From assembly GCF_036321535.1 (NCBI RefSeq), contig NC_087436.1, forward strand, positions 63,242,001 to 63,306,000: a stretch of DNA of 64,000 nt, written 5' to 3'. The number at the start of each line of letters is the position of its first letter. The first letter of the stretch is position 1. Origin of the DNA: Camelus dromedarius (lineage: Eukaryota). Shown here in pieces: positions 12,455 to 24,324 of this stretch. A program made the translations under genes and the position numbers. Under the pieces are notes generated by a model that saw only the letters and a program-made list of their open reading frames with translations, was not told where the DNA came from and did no database searches.

Positions 12455-12941
12455 TTTGAATGAACAATATTGCAAGCCATATCAGTAAACAAAGAATACT
12501 AAAACCATCAAGTCATCAGCCTCTGCTGCCACTCCCCAGTGAAGACAAGCCTGCAGCCCACCCCCTGCAGCCACTCACAATAGTGCATTCTGAATAAGAA
12601 AGGACAGGATACTGGCCCTAGATAGCTAGGTGCTTGTCAAAGGAATGATTTCAATGAGCCCAAATGTCTGCTCCTTCCCATATGTAAAAAAGCACTAAAC
12701 TCTTTAACTTGAGATGTCTGGTTTTATTCAGCTAACAAGTAAACTTCTAATGTTCCAACTATCTGGTTTTTGTTGGAAAACTCCTATATATCTTGGCTCT
12801 TCCCCTATCTCTTTGGAGCAGTCCCTCAGAGCGATTTGAGAGGCTATCATTCCAGGCTCAAAGGGGTTCGAATCCTCAGAAACATTCACCAAATAAAACA
12901 TAACTCCCAACTTTTAGGCTATGCATTTATTTCAGTCAACA
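12455..12941 (+). mobile_element. Nested solo LTR with 4-bp TSD (TATA)
   Basis: Ends TTCAGTCAACA and starts TTTGAATGAA (degenerate inverted terminus); TATA-like 'cctatatatc' at about 12783, AATAAA at about 12892; TATA flanks at 12451-12454 and 12942-12945. Confidence 0.8.
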
Positions 12942-12987
12942 TATACCTTCTGTATATATGGGGGATACTCAGGAAAATAGTAACTCC

Positions 12988-13643
12988 AGAAACCAAGTAG
13001 GATCCTGCAGGACCTTCTCAGGTACAAAAAGCCCCTCCATATTCCCTGTTTCTTGTTTGTAGGGAAAAAAAAGCTTTTAGTCTCCTAGGCCTTCCCTGAG
13101 TTCCATAGAGTAGGCACAAAAATGTAGAGAAGTGAAGGAATGCAGAAACAAAGGAAAAGCAGTCAGTCAAGAAAAGTAATGATAGCTTAAATAAATATTC
13201 AATGATAAAAGAGTCCTAGTTTCCCCTCAAGGGATATACATAGCAATCAGATGCAAATCTTTAAGTTATGCAACAGAGACTAGGACCTCCACCCAGGTGG
13301 AGGATGGTGACTACATCCTGACCACAAGCAACAGACTCAAGACTGGTTGGAACCAGAGGGCTGATGAGTAAGATTCCCAAAACATCACCCTGTTAACTCA
13401 TCATCAACCAACCAGAAGATAGTCCATAAGCTGATTATACACCTGCAAACTCACACTAATGTTGCCTTTAAAAACTCTTCCTTTGAAAGCCATCAGGAGT
13501 TTGGGTCTTTTAAACATGATCTGCCCATTCTCCTTGCTTGGAGCCCTGCATTAAATACTGTACTTTCCTTCACCATAACCCGTGGCCAGTAGATTGGCTT
13601 TGCTGCATGATGGGCGAGTCAACCCAAGTTTGGTTTGGTAATA
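12988..13643 (+). mobile_element. Nested solo LTR with 4-bp TSD (CTCC/CCCC)
   Basis: Starts (T>A)GAAACCAAG and ends GGTTTGGTAA(C>T)A; TATA-like 'cctttaaaaac' at about 13465 and ATTAAA at about 13550. Confidence 0.75.
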
Positions 13644-14253
13644 CCCCAGAAATGGCCCAAGACACCCCTGAATAACCTCTCCAGCTAAAGACAAAAGAAG
13701 ACATTTCAGGTGTGCATGGGCAGGAGAATTTTGAGAGGTTTTTAAGCAAAGCACAGTAAACTAAGGTATGGTTGCTATGCAGATTTAAGTCTCTGCCTTC
13801 TCTGTTGATAAGAGATTCTACCCTCCCTATTTATAGCAAGGAAGACACCTTTATAAGTGGAGATTTCCCTTCTAAATGTAAATGTCTCTTACAAAAGGGT
13901 AACTCCTACTGGATTTTAAGGGCTTCTCCTGTATCTACTGTTTCTTAAAAATAATCAGACTAAAATAATCCTATGCCAAAGAGACATATTTTAGGGGGAA
14001 GGGATAAATTCTGCTCCATTTTAATAAATACTTTATATTTGACCAGAATAAGAAAATTGAACTTCTTGATATGGAAAACCATTAAGAAGAACTCTAGCTG
14101 CACAGAAATAGATACAAAAGTATATAAATGATAGAGAATTTAAGGCAAATGTGGAAAATGAAATACAAAAACAATAGTTATTTCCATGTGATGAGATGAA
14201 TTTAGATGCATTAAACAAATGTCTTATGAAAACAGAAATATACTAAGATTTTA

Positions 14254-15410
14254 AATTAAGCTTATAAGCTTTTGCACAGCAAAGGAAACCACAGCAAAAC
14301 AAAAAGACAACCTACAAATGGGAGAAAATATTTGCAAAAGATGAGACTGACAAGGGCTTAATTTGTAGAATATACAAATAGCTCATACAATTTAATAATA
14401 AAAAAAAACCAAACAACCCAATCCAAAAATGGGTAGAAGGCCTAAATAAGCCATTCTCCAATAAAGACATACAAATGACCAATAGGCACATGAAAAAAAT
14501 GCTCAGTATCATTAAGTATCAGAGAAATGCATATCAAAACTACAATGAGGTATCAACTTACACCAGTCAGAATAGCCATAATTTAAAAACCCACAAATAA
14601 TAAATGCTGGAGAGGGTGTGGAGAAAAGGGGACCCTCCTACACTGTTGTCAGGAAGGTAGTCTAGTGCAGCCATTATGGAAAACAGTACAGAGATTCCTC
14701 AAAAGACAAAAAATAGACTTACCATATGATCCAGCAATCCCATACCTGGGCATATATCCAAAGGGAACCTTAATTCTAAAAGATACATGCACCTCATTGT
14801 TCAGAGCAGCACTACAGTAGCCAAGGCATGGAAACAACCTAAATGTCCATCAACAGATGACTGGATAAAGAAGCTGTATTATATTTATACAATGGAATAC
14901 TTTTCAATCATAAAAATATAATAAAGTAATGCAATTTGCAGCAACATGGATAGACCTGAAGATTGTCATTTTAAGTTAAGTAAGCTAGAAAGAAAAAGAA
15001 AAATACCATATGACATCACTTATATGTGGAATCAAGGGAAAAAAGGCAATTGAACTTATTTACAAAATAGAAATAGACTCACAGACATAGAAAAAACTTA
15101 CTGTTACCAACAGGAAAACAGGGTGAGATGGCATAAATTGGGAGTCTGAGATTTGCAGATGCTAATTCGTATATATAAAATAGATAAACAAGTTCATACT
15201 GTATAGCATAGGAAACTATATTCAATATCTTGTACTAACTTATGGTGAAAAGAATATGAAAGTGAATATATATATATATATGTTCGTGTATGACTGAAGC
15301 ATTATGCTGTACACCAGAAACTGATATAACATTTTAAACTGACTATACTTCTATATAATATATATTTTTATATATATATATATGTATATATTTCTATATA
15401 TATATAGAAA
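14254..15410 (+). mobile_element. 5'-truncated L1: ORF2 C-terminus, 3' UTR and (TA)n-converted tail
   Basis: Encodes the L1 ORF2 Cys-rich motif CWRGCGEKGTLLHC from 14605; 3' UTR is the same family as 2799-2977; (TA)n tail at 15352-15407. Confidence 0.92.
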
Positions 15411-16249
15411 ACAAAGAGAAAAATACATAGGGTTGGCAAAAATTGTTTCAAGAATAATACACTGTACATTTGACAAGTAAATCAGTATCAGAGTCATCAG
15501 AGTTATAAAAGTAAAATCATAAACAGTCAACATAAGCACAATCACAGACTTCAAAAAGGATGAAAGGATACAGTGTGCTCTTGTGTAGGTCTTCAGTATC
15601 TCTCCAATAAAGAAGATAATAAACCCCCTACTTAGTGCATTTTAAGAAACATTTTTGCCTGGATTTTCTCCTGGGGATACTTCTCTGTGCATGTCGCGTG
15701 CGCTTTTACTTCCAGCACTTATCGCTAGTCATGGTCTTTGCACAGGGCTGCTTAAAGACGTGTCTCTAAGTATCAGAGTACCATCAGTTTATTTCTATGA
15801 ATGATTTTGTTTTCCATGGTTATGCTCTTCAAACTGCCACCTGTTTATTGGATAATGCAAATGGCCAATTGACAATGCGATTCTTCATTTTTTATATCCT
15901 GAAATGCCTTTGTTCTTTCTGGTGGCTGCATTCTGCTTGTGTGAATAGCATGTTCTGCCATTGTTTACAATAAGAAAAGACAGTGTTTTCTTGATGGGAA
16001 AATCAGTCTCTGCTTAGAGAATAAACTGAGATGAATGTACCATTATATTATCTGTCCAATGTATTACTTTATATGCAATACATAATAGGAATTACAGTTT
16101 ACTTTTTATATGTAGGTAAAATAAAGATAGTACGTTCTCAGTGAATGTATTATTATTGTTGTTGTTATTTTACAGTAGTGTTGTTCTAGGAAAATGCTGG
16201 CTGATGTATTCTATTTAGAGAATCAATCCTTTCACAGCAGATTTTTTTA

Positions 16250-18000
16250 CATTTCTGTTTTTAAAAAATTGTGTAGATAGTTCAGGGACCACACTCTTCT
16301 ACCTCATGTGTCATCAAGGTGCATGTAAATCCCTTCTCTAGTTTTTTTTCCACTTCTGCCATCACCCCTCCAAAGGCAAGTACTCTAAAATATTTGATAT
16401 ATGTTCTTAGCTCGTATGTATCTCTGTAAAATAAGCAGTGACATTTTGCATGTTCATATGTATACAAATAACACTAAGGGTTGGCATTATTTTTTCCTAT
16501 TTTTCTCACTCAACAACTTGAGCTCTCTGTTGCTGTACCTCTGTTGTAAATTACTATTATGTTGCTTCCATCACGTGAATTCAGCACACTTCATTTAACT
16601 ACTCCCCTTTTAATGGATACCTAGCTGTCTTCAGAAACATGGAAAATGGCTTCATGATCAGTGATGCTCTTCTTTGATGAGAAATCTGGATAAAATTCAG
16701 CTTATCAGTTTTCATCTTATAAGGTCTGTTCTTTTGGCAATGAGTTTTCCTTTCCTCTAGGATACATATATTTTTCGTCTTCATTATTTTTATTCATTTT
16801 CCGAATCCTTCTTTATATATGGTGCAAAATCTAGGCCTGAGCTTATTTTCTCCACAGAAACTTAGTTTTCCCAGCTCCAGCTGCTAAACAATCTGGTATT
16901 TCTCCCTGTGTAGCACCTTCATTATCATGTATCAAGTACATATATAGACATTGGATTGCTTCTCAACATTTTATTCTTTGCATTGATCTGAGTCTTATAC
17001 TTTCATAAAGTGAACTGGTTTTATTCTACAACTTTTTAGTATAACACTCTACATTAAGGTAATCCTCCTTCTGTGACCTTCTTTTTCAAAGTCTAATAGC
17101 TCTTTCTTAACTATTATTATATTTTTTAAACATAAGAGTGAGTATAGAATTCCTAAAAAAAATCAAGCTAAGATTTTTTACTGGAAGATTTTAATTGTGA
17201 GGATATATTTACAAAAATAATTATGTGTCCCAGTAAGAAATATTGTATAATAATCAAATTAATTCAAATATTTCATGCACCTTAATAAGATTTAAAATGC
17301 TTTATCCATTAAGATATTTTCCATGCTTTTCAGGCTGATTACTATATACTGGTATTTTGCCTTAATAGTGAGAAAAGAGTCAATCTCTGTTTCAGAAATG
17401 TTGACATAGGAAAACATAGTTACTTACTGTAAGTTTAATTTTAAACATTGCATGTGTAAGAATTTACTAAGACTTGCTGATCTTGGTTACAAGATTTTTG
17501 TTTCCTCATTTTATTGCATTTTATTAAAGGAATAATTATGTAATTCACATATAATGACACTTTTCTTTTATTTTCTTATGTTTACATATCTGATACTTTT
17601 CATATAACATTGGTCACAGCCTCTAACACTGAACTAAAACACAGACACCATAGTGAGCATTATTATGGTGTATTTATTTTTAAAGATAATATGTCTAAAG
17701 ATTCTCCATCAGGTATATAAGCATTTTTACTCTCCTTATTTTGTCTAAGCATTCTTTTTATTTTTAGCTATAAACAGGGTAGAATTATATGTTTTAAAAT
17801 CTTGTTAATTATAAGACTTTTTATTAATATGATGAATTGCATTGCTAAATATTTTAATTATGACTCTTTTTACCTTTATGATATAGGCAACAGTTGATTA
17901 GAATTCATTTTTAATAGGCTATTAAATTCAATTAATTTGTATTTTCTTCAGACAGTTAACATTTATGTTTCTACATAAATTAGAGTTATAATATTTTCCT
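16250..18000 (-). mobile_element. Old L1 (L1ME/L1MD-type) fragments
   Basis: T-rich antisense L1-like text such as 'cttagttttcccagctccagctgctaaacaatc' and 'cattggtcacagcctctaacactgaac...agtgagcattatt'. Confidence 0.55.
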
Positions 18001-18026
18001 ATGATGGCATTATTTATATTAAGAAT

Positions 18027-18237
18027 ATGTCAGCCTCCTCATCTAAAAAACAGAAACAGACTTGCAGATATAGTAAACAATCTTATGGTTACTGGGAAAA
18101 ATGGAGTGGAAAGAGATAAATCTGGGAGTTTGAAATTTGCAGATTTATCCCTTTCCACTCCATTTTTCCCAGTAACCATAAGATTGTTTACTATATCTGC
18201 AAGTCTGTTTCTGTTTTTTAGATGAGGAGGCTGACAT
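18027..18237. repeat. Near-perfect inverted repeat: 98-bp arms (18027-18124 / 18140-18237), 15-nt spacer
   Basis: Base-by-base check: the reverse complement of 18140-18237 equals 18027-18124 except at one position (A18114 opposite C18150). Confidence 0.98.
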
Positions 18238-18332
18238 TTTTATAGATGAAAAAACAAATTACTTCTGTATAGCACAGGAAACTATACTTAATATCTTGTA
18301 ATTACCTTTAATGAAAAGAATATGAAAATAAA

Positions 18333-18384
<52 letters not shown>

Positions 18385-18458
18385 TGATGCTGTATACCAG
18401 AAATTGACACATTGCAACTGAGTATACTTCAATAAAAAAAGTAAAGGAAAAAAAAAGA
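18038..18458 (+). mobile_element. 5'-truncated L1 3' end carrying an internal inverted duplication, (TA)n tract and A tail
   Basis: Same 3' UTR family as about 15050-15350; TSD ATGTCAGCCTC (18027-18037) / ATGTTAGCCTC (18459-18469); (TA)n at about 18339-18381. Confidence 0.9.
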
Positions 18459-18729
18459 ATGTTAGCCTCATAAGAAAATTAAGCCCTTTTCTTTTTTGAA
18501 ATCTAATTGCTGATATAACTTGTATAAAATAGGAATTGTTGGTTCCTTTAAGTAGTTGGTAAAAATAATCTGTGAACTATTTGAGACATAAAGTTTAGGG
18601 TAGGAGATAATAAATCCCTCGTCTGTGTGAACACAAGCAGCCTTATTTGAAGTATGTTTGTCCATTCAGTCTGTTTTCTTTTTCTTTATACTCAGTGTGG
18701 TATTATAATTGAGAAGAGTTTATTATTGT

Positions 18730-18900
18730 TTTACTAGTACCAAGAAATGATCACACACATTAAGTTATTTAATCCTCAAAATAGTATGTACTGTTATTGT
18801 CAGAGAGGTTAATCAACTTGTCCAAGGCCACACAGCCAGTAAAAGGGCCACATAGATAACCAGCATTTGAATTCAGGTAGTCCATGGACTTTGTAGCCAA
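18730..18900 (-). mobile_element. MIR SINE
   Basis: 'cagagaggttaatcaacttgtccaaggccacacagccagtaaaagg...atttgaattcaggtagtc' is the reverse MIR core. Confidence 0.75.
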
Positions 18901-19239
18901 TACCCTAAAAGCCACCTCCTTAAAAATAAGATTTTAAAAGCCTGTGAAGTGTTGATTCATTCAAAATCTTTGAAATGTTTATTTATTCAAAATCTTGGCC
19001 TCAATATCTACTTTTATTTTTATTTATAGATTACCTCTTAGTCATCGTCTAGAACTACTCATCTCCTCCACATCTACCACATCTACACTTTATTAACCTT
19101 CAGCATCTGGATATAGGAGAACTACCTCTGCAAACATAGTCTTGAACATCATATGGCTGTGAGGTTGTGTAGGATATAGGATACAAGGTCAAATGCTCAC
19201 CATAACCCTACAGCATGCTTAGAGCAATCTAAGTGTGAC

Positions 19240-19460
19240 TATGTCCACAGATTCCAGAGTCCGTCTGGTCTGATCCTCACTCCCTACTTGGTTGTGTGGC
19301 TTGAATTACATATTTACATTCCCTGTACTTCAGCTTTCTCATTTGTTAAGTGGGGGTAATAATATCACTTACCATGCAGACCTTATGTTAGATTTAACAA
19401 ACCAATATACACAAAGAACTTAAAACAGTATCTAATAGTATATATTGCTTAAGTATTTCT
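19240..19460 (+). mobile_element. MIR SINE
   Basis: 'ttccctgtacttcagctttctcatttgttaagtgggggtaataatatcacttacc' matches the MIR core. Confidence 0.7.
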
Positions 19461-20671
19461 TATTCCCCTTAAGACATATATCATTTGGGCACTTCTATAA
19501 TCATTATTTAATTAAATGCCTTTTCCACCTGATAGGGTGTCAATGTTTGGTAACAGTGTGTTGTGTGTGTATGTGTGTGTATGCAACCCCCCTGCCCCAT
19601 ATCCAGAACCACTAGCTGCCCCAGCACCTAAAAACTCAACAAATAAATTGTGCATGTGTGAGTGAATGAAGACAACATGTTCACCATTATGCTTGTCCAT
19701 GTATTACTTACTTCATTTTCAGATACGTATTATTTTGTTTTTGCCTCCCTGAAAATTTAAGAGGAAAGAAGGGAGACATCCCATTACTGAAACAAAGAAT
19801 ACAGCAAGTCATAAATTGTAGAATTCAACTGACTTTATTCCATGTTTTAGTTCAGAAAACTACTGGAACAGTGATAATAAAACAACATTAATAGAACAAA
19901 ACTTCCATTTATTATTAAACTTCCTTCAAGTGTAAAATAGGTACAGGTTTCTTATTATTTGGAAATAAACCCCTGGAGATAAGCTGAACTTAAAAGAAGC
20001 ATTGGTTGGGTTTGTTATAAAAGTGAATGTTCCCAATACAATATTAAAAATTGGCAATCCAGGGACCTTGGATGATTCTTTGCAAGCCCACGGTAGTAGT
20101 GGGAGCTCTAATTTACCCTGGTTGATCTTGCTTTCCCCATTTCTTGTAGGGTTACAAAGTTCATGTCTCTGTCAGGAAACACTAGCTTGAGGCAAGAGCC
20201 TAAGGGCAATCAGATGGTAAGTAATTTAAGCCTCAGATCCTTCACTTTAAGTAATTCTATTCCATTAAAAAAAAATTAAGTTCTTCACATTGGTATTCAG
20301 TGCAAAAATGTTATGTTACAGATAAGGATATAAGGAGAATTGCTTATAAAAAAAGAACCACTGAGCAAGAGATTATGACTTAGATTTATTGTAAATTTTA
20401 AAATACACAAATTTTTGAAAATCAAAAATTTTAGAGATAAAAATATCTTTCAGAAAAAAATTTTATTTCAGAATTATCAGTGATATTCTTGATGAATTTG
20501 GAAGCAATTTCAGTGGTTATCTGTAGGACATTCCTCTAGCTTTGTTTCCAAATATTTTATAAAATGTTCATTATATGTGCCTACATCTTTCTTCTGAATT
20601 TAAGTAAGCTTAAGTTCTGAAAATGCACTACTTCTGCTTAACTTTCATCCATAAGAAATTTCACACCCTAA

Positions 20672-20950
20672 CTCATTCATTCAATTACTAAGCAGCTACT
20701 GTGTGCCAGACAGGTCCTGACTGCTGGGATTCAATATGGATAAGAACAGACATGTTTTCTGCCCTCTTACAAGTAGAGGAAGAAGAAGATATCAGTCAAA
20801 AACTTACACAAAGAGCAATACATACATCTGTGTCTGAAAAAAAAATGACAAGAAAAGAAACATGGGACTCTGAGACCATAAAAGAGGTATTTCTCCTAAT
20901 CTGAGTAATTAGGTAAAATTTCTCTAATGGATTAAAAGAATTCCTGAATC
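20672..20950 (-). mobile_element. L2 3' end
   Basis: 'cattcattcaattactaagcagctactgtgtgccagac...ctgggattcaata' is the reverse L2 terminus. Confidence 0.7.
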
Positions 20951-22039
20951 AAATAGGAAAATATTTAATCATATCATTAATCATCTTAATCTAATATTGG
21001 TTGTGTGTTCTATGATAAACCTGTAGAAATTATATTTCTTTAAACACTTACCATTATTAATTATTTATTAACAGTCTACTTTTATTCATCTAAAAATATA
21101 TTCAATATGGTCAATCTCTTTCTCTCTATATGTGTATATATACACACATAAGGTAAAACTAATGATATAAAACTAATATGAATCTTACTCTTGCTTACTG
21201 TGACTGAGTTTAGCCATCTGCATAAATTAAAAGAGCTAGTTTAGAGACTTAAGTGTGTTTGAAAATGTTAGGGGATCACTTATATTTAATAAATAACTTT
21301 GGCAAATGAAAAGACTTCATAGAAATTTACAAGATTTATTTTCTAACCAATAGCTACAGAATGTAAAAAATCAATTTTGACTGCTCCCAATGTGCAACAG
21401 AAACAAGCCACTGTATCTATTGGCTCTGGAAAGATGACAGCACACTATAAAATATAAACAAATAAATAAATGAGAGACTAACATTTCCAAGATAACACAA
21501 GACATTTAACTTGATTTTCAAAGTATATATAAATTTCTGAAGTATATATTTTTCATATAATGAATATACTAAATATTAAGAAATATTTAGGATATTTACA
21601 TCCTAAACATTCAGGATGTTTTCATAATTAAATTTTCACAAATACTATGACTTTTGGAAACTAAAGTCCTAGAAACACACATTATTTTGATAATAGAAAT
21701 ATTTATTTTGGTTAACTGCATAGTTTTTAGAAACATTTCTCAAAAATATGTTGAAAGAGAAGGTCATAAAGCATAAATGTTATATAAATGATAGATTACT
21801 AAAACATCAAAAATCTTACAGACAAATGTATTGTTTCTTACTGATTTAGATCACATTCATAGTAGCATGCTCCAAATTTGCCTTTAAATTATTTTAGGCA
21901 TATTTTAGCAATGTTAAAATCAGTTATCTTTTTAAACTTTCTAAAGATAAATCATTTATATTTCTAGAAATAAAAATATATTGCTTTTTGTATCTTCAAA
22001 ATTTCACAAAATAATAATAATAATATTTTTGTGTACTCA

Positions 22040-22250
22040 TGAAACTTCATGCACTTATTTAAATTTGTTATGGGTAGCAAATCATTTAAACCTCAAAACA
22101 ACTATATGAGAGAGATATTATGTTTATCCTAAATGTACAATAAGCAAATTGAAGAACAGGAGGTTTTATTAATTTGCTTAAAATCACACAACTCATAATG
22201 GTAGAGTATTTGTATTTAAGGACCTAGACCCAGAACTTGTACTTTTACTT
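22040..22250 (-). mobile_element. MIR SINE
   Basis: 'catttaaacctcaaaacaactatatgag...aatttgcttaaaatcacacaact'. Confidence 0.6.
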
Positions 22251-23200
22251 AGAGAAAGACTGAATTTCTATATTCATTTAATTAAATTACAATAATTATA
22301 TTTCAATAACTTAGATGAGAAGCAAGCATCACATGAGTCTTTGGGGCAAACACTGAATTTATATCAGTAAGAAAAAAGATGAAAATATAGTTTATATTTA
22401 TTGATATTTTAATCAGACCATAATTGACAATTCTCTATCAATCAAAAGTTTTATTGTCATAATAGATCTAGGTTTACAATGCTTCCTCAAAGTATGCACC
22501 ATATTATTGTGACCACCTAAAAAATTTAAAATATTTTAACAGCTCAGATTATAATTTCTATTTTTGCTTTAATTTTAAATTTATATCTGAATAGATTGAT
22601 TTAGTAGTTAGATACAATGAGTTCAAATTCATCTGTCAAAGACAAGAAAAGTCCAAACTGTGTTTCTGTAACATGGCTAACATGATTCGGCAAGTAGCAA
22701 ACACAGCATCATAGATTAAAGATGAAGTTGTTTCTTATCACTTCATCTAGTTGGTTCGGTAAGAACAGTATTAACTGGACTATATTGGTAAAAATATCTT
22801 TGAGTTGAACAGTTGAAAAAGATACTCATATGATTTAGACATAGATAATACACAAAAAGTTTGACAAATTGAGAACGGCTCAAAACATGGACACAACATA
22901 CTACAAATTAGAAAGCAAAAGTGAAGTAAAAAATATGAACAATACTGATAAGTATCAAGTCATCTAAATTTAAGAATTTTCTTTAAAACCAAAATATCAG
23001 ATAACTAGTTATAAGTTTTACGTTTTCCTTTTATTGTATTCATTGTAAATTTTACTTTATGTGAAATATCAAGTAAGAATATAATGTGTACATAAGTGAA
23101 ATCATTAGATTAAAATAATATGTATTGATCTTGCTAACTATCAGGACACTATTAGAGTTTTGAGGGATAATAAGATCTATGAAACATTATTCCTATTCTT

Positions 23201-23378
23201 TTTTTTAATTGAAGTATAGTCAGTTTACAATGTTGTGTCAATTTCTGGCGAATGGTGTAATGTTTCAGTCATACATATCTGTACATATATTCATATCATA
23301 TTCCTTATCATTATAGGTTATTATAAAATACTGAACATAGTTCCCTGTGCTATACAGAAGAAGCCTGTATATCTATCT
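23201..23378 (-). mobile_element. 5'-truncated L1 3' end (antisense) with 17-bp TSD
   Basis: Poly-T then 'attgaagtatagtcagtttacaatgttgtgtcaatttctgg...ttccctgtgctatacag'; TSD ACATTATTCCTATTCTT (23184-23200) / ACATTATTCCTACTCTT (23379-23395). Confidence 0.92.
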
Positions 23379-23569
23379 ACATTATTCCTACTCTTAATAA
23401 GTTTCTCAAGACTTACCTGGAATACTTTCACCTCCCCTCCTGTCATTCTACTTCACAAGGTGAAATTTCATCAATATTTTAAAGCTTCAAATGTCGTATT
23501 GTCATTTTAGTTACAAGCCTCTCGCTGACACACTTTAGAGTCAAATTTCTTATTCTCTTCTCTGTGCAT

Positions 23570-24118
23570 TTGTGAGAGAAAGACACTAGCGTGAGAAACA
23601 GAACTAGTGTGACTCTCCACGAGTCCCACTTCCTAGTGTTTATAATTTTGAGTAACCCTCCTCTCTGGAGTCTTGGAAGGACCCATGACTTGCTTTTGAT
23701 CAACTAAATAAACCAAAAATGATATGGTGTCACTTTGTAATTACGTTATGTCATATGAGACAAATTCTTAGCAAACTGTAGCTAGAGGTTTTTCTTATGA
23801 GTGTGATGGAGTAAAAAGCCAGGTTGAAGAAGCCCGCATGACAAGGAACAGGGAAAAACCCACTGTCCTCCATGAAGCTAAAATAAATTCTATTAACATC
23901 CTAAATGTATTTAAAAGTGGATTTTTTCCCAATGGAGCCTCCAGATGAGAACGCAGCCTGGCTAACACCTTGAGTGTAGCTTTATGAGACCCTGAGCAGA
24001 GGACCCACTTAAACCATGCCTGGAGTCCTGACTCACAGAAATTTCAAGACAGTAAATGTTATTGGTTAAGCCACTATGTTCCTAGTAATTTGCTACATAG
24101 CAATATCAAACTCATACA
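23570..24118 (+). mobile_element. MaLR MLT1-type solo LTR
   Basis: 'gagcctccagatgagaacgcagcctggctaacaccttg...gagaccctgagcagaggaccc...ggttaagccactatg...tttgctacatagcaatatcaaactcataca'. Confidence 0.85.
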
Positions 24119-24277
24119 CTTTCTTATACATAAAACACTTTCTTTTGACCCTTAAGTATTTGTATAACTACCTGTCTTTGACAGTAGGCTGGGAGCTACC
24201 TACAGGTTTGTTAATCATTCCTGATTTAGAAGATGAGTAGAAAACACTTGGCATGTTTATGTATTTTGAATATACCT

Positions 24278-24310
<33 letters not shown>

Positions 24311-24324
24311 ACACACACACACAC
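24278..24324. repeat. (CT)n(CA)n compound microsatellite
   Basis: Read directly. Confidence 0.9.

Larger units (their letters stand above)
12340..14022 (-). mobile_element. ERV1-type solo LTR (antisense), split into three pieces by two nested LTRs
   Basis: Starts TGTAGGGAAG. The pieces 12340-12454, 12942-12987 and 13644-14022 rejoin into a continuous LTR-like sequence ('...aatatgTATAccttctg...', '...gtaaCTCC/CCCCagaaatgg...'). Confidence 0.7.

Noticed and set aside
18001..18225. 74-aa ORF running through the palindrome
   Set aside because: Made of L1 3' UTR and its inverted copy; no coding signature.
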